NCBI GenBank assembly: GCA_016939415.1
Contig: JAFGGZ010000032.1
Span: forward strand, 1,815-65,814
Source of the DNA: Candidatus Iainarchaeum sp.
GTDB lineage: Archaea > B1Sed10-29 > WALL01
Direction of reading: 5' to 3'
Length of the DNA: 64,000 nt
The position numbers and the translations under genes were made by a program. Positions 57,588-64,000 of the stretch are shown here, piece after piece (positions within the stretch are counted from its first letter, which is position 1; each line of letters opens with the position of its first letter). Below the pieces are notes generated by a model. It searched no databases. It had not been told where the DNA came from and worked only from the letters and a program-made list of their open reading frames with translations.

Positions 57588-58291
57588 AGTCTTGCAACGC
57601 TTCTCCCCGATGGCGTTATCGACACTTCCTTCTTCTTTCCCCTGCGCTTGTACTCCACGTAACCGAATTCAGCCAGTCTATCGATCTTGCGCGATATGCT
57701 CAACAGCTCTGATTTCGTGGTCTCTCTATTCAGGGATTTCAGCAGTTGGGACAGGGATTCCACGCTGCCGGAATCACTGATCTTGGAAAGCGATTCCCAG
57801 TCCAGTTCCTCGAGTTGTATGGGCAGTGGGGGTATGAACACCGGTTCTTTCGCTATGGCTGCTATCTCCTGGTCTCCGGCATTCAGGTACTCGGCGGCCT
57901 TGCAGTATGTCACCGGCGCGTGGTTCACTTGGCACGCGAGGAATAGTGCTGTTGCCACGGTCTTGTTGCCTGAGGATATGTCCGCGAACACTTCGTGGCC
58001 GTTCGCCTTCTCCCCGAATATTGTCTTGCTTATCGCGGCGAACGCTGCGGGCACATCAAAGAAGTCTACGTGGATTTCTGTCACTTCGAAGACGAAGGGG
58101 TATGGGTTGAATCCGCTTTTTTTCGTGAGGGCCTGTTTTATGCGCTGGACGTGCTTTTCCACGTCCCTCTCCAGTTTTTTCGAGACTTCGTTGGTGTTCC
58201 GGATGATGATGACCTTGTTTGGCGCGTTGATGGACACGGCTGCGAGCGTGCGGTTCGTCTCCAGTCCCTGTGCCACTATGAGCGTTCTCAT
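57578..58291 (-). CDS. CARF-like domain plus wHTH regulator (Csa3/DUF6293-like)
   Basis: VFADISSGNK, APVTY; C-terminal SLSQLLKSL..ISRKIDRLAEFGYV..ITPSG. Confidence 0.75.
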   Translation of the reverse strand: MRTLIVAQGLETNRTLAAVSINAPNKVIIIRNTNEVSKKLERDVEKHVQRIKQALTKKSGFNPYPFVFEVTEIHVDFFDVPAAFAAISKTIFGEKANGHEVFADISSGNKTVATALFLACQVNHAPVTYCKAAEYLNAGDQEIAAIAKEPVFIPPLPIQLEELDWESLSKISDSGSVESLSQLLKSLNRETTKSELLSISRKIDRLAEFGYVEYKRRGKKKEVSITPSGRSVARLYS

Positions 58292-58809
58292 GCCTTCAGC
58301 TCCTTCTTCATGATCCTGAGGAACTCTTTCGAGTACAACACCCTTTCCCGCGACAGCTTCTTTCCTTCTTTGGTGAGCAGCTGGCGGTTCGCGTTGCTCA
58401 GCGCTATCGCTCTCGTGTCTTCCATTGATGTGTCTTTTGCGCCTGCCATGATGAACGCCCGTGCAATGCCGACTGCGCCGAGTGCGTCGATGAGGTTTGC
58501 GTCCCATGCCAGTCTCTCTTCAGTGGTCTTGGGTTCTGTTCGCGAGCGCTCTACTGACTCGAACACTTCAGCGACCTGGATTTCCGAGAATCCGTGCTGT
58601 CTGAGGAAGAACCATATCTCTTTCCTGTAGCGCTTCGTCCGGCCGTGGAAGTACACTGTGAGCAGCATCAGCTCTTTGTTCACGTCCTTCTCGCTGCTCA
58701 ATTCCTTCACGGTCTTGAGCATGCGCTGTATGTGGGAGTAGTTGTGCGCCTTGTCCCTCGCGTCGTAGAGGGGCTTGACGAACCGCTCCACTACCCTCAT
58801 GTCTATCAT
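58288..58809 (-). CDS. HD-superfamily protein with degenerate motif
   Basis: AHNYSHIQR, YFHG in place of HD, DANLIDALGAVGIAR. Confidence 0.8.
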   Translation of the reverse strand: MIDMRVVERFVKPLYDARDKAHNYSHIQRMLKTVKELSSEKDVNKELMLLTVYFHGRTKRYRKEIWFFLRQHGFSEIQVAEVFESVERSRTEPKTTEERLAWDANLIDALGAVGIARAFIMAGAKDTSMEDTRAIALSNANRQLLTKEGKKLSRERVLYSKEFLRIMKKELKA

Positions 58810-58946
58810 CACACCACCGTGCTTGCATAAGCGCTCGCCGTATTTAATGGTAGCGCTGGGTACGGTAAGTAACACGAGAGATTTACTGTCGTGTTCTGTC
58901 TTCTGCTCGCGTCAAAAACCCTTTTATTCCCCGGCCTGCAAAGCCT

Positions 58947-60251
58947 TTGCACGGTGATTACATCCGCATCACGTTCTTCGAGTTCAACCACGGTCCGGAG
59001 CGCATGCGCGCTGTAGAGGAAGCTCTTTCCGCGCCTGTTTCTGAGCCCGCGCTCAGGCAGCTCCTGGATCATTCCTCCGCTCACTTTGTTGTTGAGCAGG
59101 TTTCCCGCCTGGGTTCCGACCTGATCACAGAGGGCAGGGACAGTTACTCGCACCAGTCCCAGCGCTACGTAACGTTCAGGGAGGGCATGAACGATTACTT
59201 CACCCCGGAGTCTATCAGGGCCGCAGGCTTGCAGAAGGGTTATGACGCGCTCATGCAAGGGCTTTTCGAGGCGTACTCCTTCCTTGTTGGGAGAGGCATC
59301 CCTGCTGAGGACGCGCGTTTCGTGTTCGCGCTGTCCTTCAACTCCCACATCAGCGTCACTGTCCAGGGGCGGAAGCTCGTCGACTTCTTCGCGTTCTGCC
59401 TTCACTCCGACTACGGGGAGCTGCGCGCTGTCGGCGAGGCTGTCTTGACCGAGTTCGGGAAGCTGTTCCCGAACACTGCTCGGGCGCTATCTTGTGTTGC
59501 AGGCAACCATCCTCGTCCAGAGGAAAAGGAGCTCGTGTCGCGCGTCAACGCTTCTGGGTTCAATCTCGATGGTGTGACTCTCCTGAATCACACGCTGGAT
59601 CCTGTGTCGCGCTCTGCGATGGGCGCTTCGATCTGCTACAAGTCCGGCGCGCCGTCCGAGTACATGTCCAGCTTCGACAAGGATAAGCAGGAGAAGCTGA
59701 TCCGTCAGGTCGTGTCGATGGGTCATCACTCTGTGATAGAGCATTCCTCGTTCACATTCGGTTTTCCGATGAGCAGGGTGACGTACCAGCAACTGCGCAG
59801 GCATCGCTTGCCGGCCCGCTCTCACACTGACCTGGCTTCTGTGGGCGCTGGCTTCGAGTACGTGACGCCGCCGAGCATCGCTGCATGCAGGGAGTGCGCG
59901 CAGAGGTTTTCGGAGGCCATGGATGCCATCATTACCTTTCGGGAGGCGGCTTCTGGATCTGTGCCTGCGGTGGATCTGGGTTACGTTCTGCCGAACGCCG
60001 TGCAGATAGATGTCTTGCTGACGTCGAATGCACGGGACTTGATGCACATCCTGAACAAGCGGCTGTGCCAGCGCGCGCAGTGGGAGATCCGTGCCGTGGC
60101 TTATGGTATCGCAGAGCATTTGATTCGTCGCTGGCCAGTGCTCTTCGATGGGTTGGGTCCGGACTGCTTTGTGTCTCACTGCAGGGAGGGGAAGATGAGC
60201 TGCAGCCACCCTGAGGTCTACCGCGATTGGAGGGAGTCCCTCAACCGATGA
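58947..60251 (+). CDS. thyX: FAD-dependent thymidylate synthase with tandem ThyX domains
   Basis: SHQSQRY and EDARF in the N half; GHHSVIEH, QLRRHR, NARDL, RAQWEIR in the C half; TTG start uncertain. Confidence 0.9.
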   Translation: MHGDYIRITFFEFNHGPERMRAVEEALSAPVSEPALRQLLDHSSAHFVVEQVSRLGSDLITEGRDSYSHQSQRYVTFREGMNDYFTPESIRAAGLQKGYDALMQGLFEAYSFLVGRGIPAEDARFVFALSFNSHISVTVQGRKLVDFFAFCLHSDYGELRAVGEAVLTEFGKLFPNTARALSCVAGNHPRPEEKELVSRVNASGFNLDGVTLLNHTLDPVSRSAMGASICYKSGAPSEYMSSFDKDKQEKLIRQVVSMGHHSVIEHSSFTFGFPMSRVTYQQLRRHRLPARSHTDLASVGAGFEYVTPPSIAACRECAQRFSEAMDAIITFREAASGSVPAVDLGYVLPNAVQIDVLLTSNARDLMHILNKRLCQRAQWEIRAVAYGIAEHLIRRWPVLFDGLGPDCFVSHCREGKMSCSHPEVYRDWRESLNR

Positions 60252-61158
60252 GCGCGGGCTTCGCGTGATTGGTGAGCAGCACGACGCGGCTCTGCTCCGA
60301 CTCGTTCACGACGTCGTAGCCGCGCAAGTGCTGGGTGATGCTTTCGGCGAACGCCTTCACTTCCGCGTGCCTCGGCATGTTCTCTATGCGCAGGCGCTCC
60401 CTGCTCGCGCCGACGAGCATGTATGCCTTGACTTCTATGAAGTCGGCTCCGCTCTTCTCCAGCAGTTTTGCGTAGGCTTCTGGCTCGGTGTCGTTCCAAC
60501 CCTTCACGAGCGTTATCCTGATGCATGTCCTCGTGTCCAGTGAAGGCAGCAGCTCCAGCGTCTTGTTCAGTCGTTCCCACGAGTCTTTCCAGAGCGGCAC
60601 GTTCAGCCGCTTGTGCGCTGCTTCGTTGGGCGCGTCGAGTGATACGTACAGTTGCGTGGGCATCGTCATTTTTTCGAGGGCTTCCGGCAGGAGTCCGTTC
60701 GTGACGAGGAAGGTGGTGAAGTCTCGCTTGTGGAATGCTTGAATGAGTTCGCTTATTTTTGGGTAGGTGGTCGGCTCTCCTGCGAGGCTGATGGCTACTT
60801 GGTTCGGGTTCATTGCTTCGTCGAGTTTTTTCTTGTCCGCGTTCGGGTTGCCGTAATATCCTTCGAGGAGTTTCCTTTGCGCGTCTATGGATCCGTTTAT
60901 GATGTCTTCCGGCTCGTCCCATTCTTCCGGCATTGCCTGTTCGTACTTGTACGGTCTCCAGCAGAAGAGGCATCTTTGCATGCAGTAGATGCTCGGTGTC
61001 ATCTGCATGCATCTGTGGGATTGTATGCCGTAGAACTTTTGCTTGTAGCATGTGCGCCCTTCTGCGAGCGAGGCCTTGCACCAGTGGCAGGTTTTTACTG
61101 CGCTGTGCCTGCCGACTATCCTGTATCCCATCTTCTTGAGTTCGTCTGCGTATTCCAT
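60241..61158 (-). CDS. taw1: 4-demethylwyosine synthase (radical SAM)
   Basis: HSAVKTCHW, CYKQKFYGI, CMQRCLFCWR, SLAGEPT. Confidence 0.95.
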   Translation of the reverse strand: MEYADELKKMGYRIVGRHSAVKTCHWCKASLAEGRTCYKQKFYGIQSHRCMQMTPSIYCMQRCLFCWRPYKYEQAMPEEWDEPEDIINGSIDAQRKLLEGYYGNPNADKKKLDEAMNPNQVAISLAGEPTTYPKISELIQAFHKRDFTTFLVTNGLLPEALEKMTMPTQLYVSLDAPNEAAHKRLNVPLWKDSWERLNKTLELLPSLDTRTCIRITLVKGWNDTEPEAYAKLLEKSGADFIEVKAYMLVGASRERLRIENMPRHAEVKAFAESITQHLRGYDVVNESEQSRVVLLTNHAKPALIG

Positions 61159-61187
61159 GCATCTGTCTCCTGCAGTGGTGCAAGGGC

Positions 61188-61889
61188 TTATCTCATGCGG
61201 GTGATGCCGCGTTTCGCGAGGTTCTGCGGTGCTATGCCCGGCAGGTGGAAGAGTGTCTGCTTGGCGTTCCTGCCGTCCTTTGTTCTTGCCATCACTCGCT
61301 TGTGTGATACGAGGCCTTGACTTTCCAGTTCACTGAGTTTGTAACGCAGGCGATCGAGGGGCAGGGGTTTCATGCCTTTGGCTTCCCGCATGTCGTTGAT
61401 CATGATCGCGAGGTTTGTCGCGAGCTCTCCTTTCCTGATTGTTTCCACGAATCTTCCGAGTTCGGGGATTGTCATCGGCGCGACTTCTCTCAGGCGCCTC
61501 ATGACGCGCACGTTGTTCTCTCCTATGTTTTCTTCGAGTGTCCTGGCGTGTTCTTCCAAGACGTCTTTGAACGCGGGGTTGATGAGGTGTATCGCGCGTA
61601 TGGAGTAGGATACTTCTCTGTCGAGCACTAGCGCGTATTTTGAGTGGAACAGGTTCTCGTACATTTTCCTCCCGAGCTGCATTTCCACCACGCTGCGCGT
61701 GCCGTGTCGCCAACTGCTCTTCGCTCCCAGCATCTCGAGGCGTTTCGCGACTTCGGTTATCGTGAATGGCTTTGGCCTGCTGTCGAATCCTCCGATGGTG
61801 TTCCGCACTTTTGTCTTGCTGATGTTGTCTAGGTTGCGGTGTATGTCTTCTGCCAGGCGATCCAGGAGTCTCTCTCTTTCTTCGTTCAT
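61188..61889 (-). CDS. Hypothetical protein with N-terminal HTH-like and C-terminal wHTH motifs
   Basis: FTITEVAKRL; RLRYKLSELESQGLV plus wing. Confidence 0.65.
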   Translation of the reverse strand: MNEERERLLDRLAEDIHRNLDNISKTKVRNTIGGFDSRPKPFTITEVAKRLEMLGAKSSWRHGTRSVVEMQLGRKMYENLFHSKYALVLDREVSYSIRAIHLINPAFKDVLEEHARTLEENIGENNVRVMRRLREVAPMTIPELGRFVETIRKGELATNLAIMINDMREAKGMKPLPLDRLRYKLSELESQGLVSHKRVMARTKDGRNAKQTLFHLPGIAPQNLAKRGITRMR

Positions 61890-61993
61890 GATTTTTTTGT
61901 GTCTCTGCTGGTTAAATATCTTTTTGCAAGGTGCGAAAAGCTTTTAAATCCCAAAAACTTAGTCTATTTGCTCTGTTTGGGAGGAGTTTTTCA

Positions 61994-62257
61994 ATGGCCA
62001 CACGGAAATTCGCAATCGCAAAGCAGCTCGGAGGCAAGCGCGTCATCACTAACAAGGGTGAGGAAGTAGGCAGGCTCAGTGACATCCAGATTGACACGAA
62101 GACTGGTGACCTCGCCGTCTTCTTGGTGGAGCCAGCCGCTGACTCGAAGATCGCTGCGACCCTCCCCAAGAACGAGGAAGACTTTATCATGGTGCCGTAC
62201 AAGGCAGTTTACGCTGTCAGCGACGTCATCGTTATTGATGAAACCGCTCTCGTCTGA
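61994..62257 (+). CDS. PRC-barrel domain protein
   Basis: LGGKRVITNKGEEVGRLSDI..D.KTG, VPYKAVYAVSDVIVI. Confidence 0.9.
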   Translation: MATRKFAIAKQLGGKRVITNKGEEVGRLSDIQIDTKTGDLAVFLVEPAADSKIAATLPKNEEDFIMVPYKAVYAVSDVIVIDETALV

Positions 62258-62293
62258 GAGCCCCTCATTATTTTTTTAAGCAGAGCTGCGGCT

Positions 62294-62425
62294 CTATGTT
62301 CCTCTGTTGTAGTCTATGAGGAGCTGGAAGAATTCGGTTGGGTACGTACGGGTCATCTTGCTCGCTTCGAACAGCGATATCTCCCCGTTCTTGTATCTGT
62401 TGATGGCTAACTCTATCTTGTTCAT
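62294..62425 (-). CDS. Small UPF0175-like protein (43 aa)
   Basis: Manual translation MNKIELAINRYKNGEISLFEASKMTRTYPTEFFQLLIDYNRGT; GAGGTG SD. Confidence 0.65.
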   Translation of the reverse strand: MNKIELAINRYKNGEISLFEASKMTRTYPTEFFQLLIDYNRGT

Positions 62426-62542
62426 TCTCACACCTCGCAAAAATAAAACACCCTTTGCCCCAGGGGGCCCTAATCGTTACGATGCCGTTCTATAAAAGGA
62501 TTTCGTCAATTTTACGTAAGCTGACGAATGCTTTTTGCACTC

Positions 62543-63571
62543 TCATGCGTCGATGATGAGTTTCCATTTCTCGACTCTTGCCTTCTTCCCGAGCGCTTCT
62601 GTGAGTTCCTTGTCGCTCTTCCCTTGTTTCCGCATGCGCTCGATCGCTTTGCGCGCGGTCTCTATCTCCTGGAAGTGCGCGTAGATCCAGTCACCGACTT
62701 CTTTGAACTCCTGCGCTTCGCGCTCGAAGCGCTTCAGTGCTTCTTCTTGCTCTTGGTACCTGTGCTCTACCCCCCCGGATTTTTTTTCTTCTTCTGGCAG
62801 TAGGAGGGGTGCGTAGTACTCGTCAAGCGCGTCATTGAACGATGGCCTCGGAACGAACTTGTCTTCTAGCACATGCATCGGGAATGGCACTGGCACGCCC
62901 TGTGTGCCTGGCTTCAGTTCTTTGTTCGCAAGGTCCTTGACTGCGTTGAACAATTTTTTCTTGTCCGCGCCTGTCGGCTTTTGCTTGTTCTTGTCCACGC
63001 CTGCTGCGAAGCACGCTTCTTCCAGGAAAATCGCCGAAAGGTTGATTTCCGAAGCCATTGAGCGTATTACGTCCTTTTCTTTGAAAATAGCTTCGAATTC
63101 TTCGTATTTCATGTCTTTTGGGTTCAATCCTCTGCTCTTTGGGTATATGTATGGTTTTTTTGGCTTTATTTCCCTGTCTTTCCATTCTTCGTAGTGGTCT
63201 GCCCAGCGTGTCAGTCCGTCTGGATCGACTAAAACCACGTTTCCTTTGCCGAATAGCTCGAGTATTATGCTCCAATCGTTGTCGAAATGGAGGGTAAGGA
63301 CCCTATCGAAGCCGTGTTGTGCTATGGTTGTGAGTTTGCTGCCTTGCAGGCTCTTTCTTACGAAGGATATGTTGCTGTTTGTGGTCTTGGCTTCGTGCTG
63401 GTAGCGCGTAGAGTGCACACTGTACGCTGGTGCCAGGACCAGGTCTGTGCCTTGCAGTCGGAGTTTATAAACCCCCGGCTTTATTGTCTGGAATTTGGAG
63501 AAGAACGCCTTAATGTCTGCGAGTTCTCTTGCTACGGCGTTTGTCTCCAGGCTTGACAATGTCATATACAT
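62543..63571 (-). CDS. NFACT/RqcH-family N-terminal domain protein, short form
   Basis: FVRKSL, QHGFDRVL, ILELFGKGNVVLVD, SFNDALDEYY. Confidence 0.85.
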   Translation of the reverse strand: MYMTLSSLETNAVARELADIKAFFSKFQTIKPGVYKLRLQGTDLVLAPAYSVHSTRYQHEAKTTNSNISFVRKSLQGSKLTTIAQHGFDRVLTLHFDNDWSIILELFGKGNVVLVDPDGLTRWADHYEEWKDREIKPKKPYIYPKSRGLNPKDMKYEEFEAIFKEKDVIRSMASEINLSAIFLEEACFAAGVDKNKQKPTGADKKKLFNAVKDLANKELKPGTQGVPVPFPMHVLEDKFVPRPSFNDALDEYYAPLLLPEEEKKSGGVEHRYQEQEEALKRFEREAQEFKEVGDWIYAHFQEIETARKAIERMRKQGKSDKELTEALGKKARVEKWKLIIDA

Positions 63572-64000
63572 CTTCCTTGAACCACGTGAATGCTTTTCTC
63601 TTGAATGCGTACATGTATGCGAGCGCGCAGGCCATGCCTATGAAGTGTATTTCCATGCTGACTGGCGTGATGGCTTCTGTTTGCCTGCCTTTCACGACTT
63701 GTTCTTCTGCGAGTGCGAGTTCTCTTTCTTCTTGTTGTTTTTCTTCGAGGCTTTCCTGGACTTCATCCAGCTGCTGCCGTATGTCGATGGCTTCTTCTTG
63801 CGTTAGGTTGGGTTGTTGGAGTGCTTCTTCGAGTTCTTGCGCTGCCTGGTCCATTGCGTTGATGTCAGTGATCGTCCCGATTTTTTCTTCGACTGTTTTT
63901 TGCGTGAAGGCGTCGAGCGCCGTGTCTGTCGCCGGGAAGACGATGAGCGGGACTGCTGCGATGCAGGCGACGAGCACCACCACGGTTTTTTTGAAGTCTG
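63510..64000 (-). CDS. Membrane protein with coiled coil, start outside or near the right edge
   Basis: TM - acidic coiled coil - TM. Confidence 0.6.
   Translation of the reverse strand, partial: DFKKTVVVLVACIAAVPLIVFPATDTALDAFTQKTVEEKIGTITDINAMDQAAQELEEALQQPNLTQEEAIDIRQQLDEVQESLEEKQQEERELALAEEQVVKGRQTEAITPVSMEIHFIGMACALAYMYAFKRKAFTWFKEDVYDIVKPGDKRRSKRTRRH

Overview
Gene-dense archaeal chromosome segment, most consistent with a DPANN-type organism such as Micrarchaeota (inferred from gene content, not proven). Most of it is housekeeping: Lhr, aCPSF1-psmB, NAC, Hel308, Cdc6, SepF, PolD DP1/DP2, TyrRS, NOG1, TgtA, TrmI, SecF/SecD, NucS, histone, GlmS, Dus, TtuA, NadM/NadC, double-domain ThyX and Taw1. 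I found no rRNA, tRNA, CRISPR array, integrase or transposase. Four things stand out. (1) A 1121-aa orphan (21133-24498) with about nine tandem, divergent HTH-like repeats fused to a class I SAM methyltransferase. (2) A 6 kb left-end locus with two long non-coding regions (267-969 and 5698-6217) carrying palindrome arrays, seven CTCACTT direct repeats and related AT-rich cores, bracketing three winged-helix genes: a candidate origin or partition locus away from cdc6. (3) cdc6 is head-to-head with sepF plus an unknown membrane protein. (4) A CARF-wHTH gene coupled to a degenerate HD gene beside NAD genes, with no CRISPR in view. All calls come from motif recognition by eye; no database searches were run, and several starts were re-chosen from TATA/SD context.
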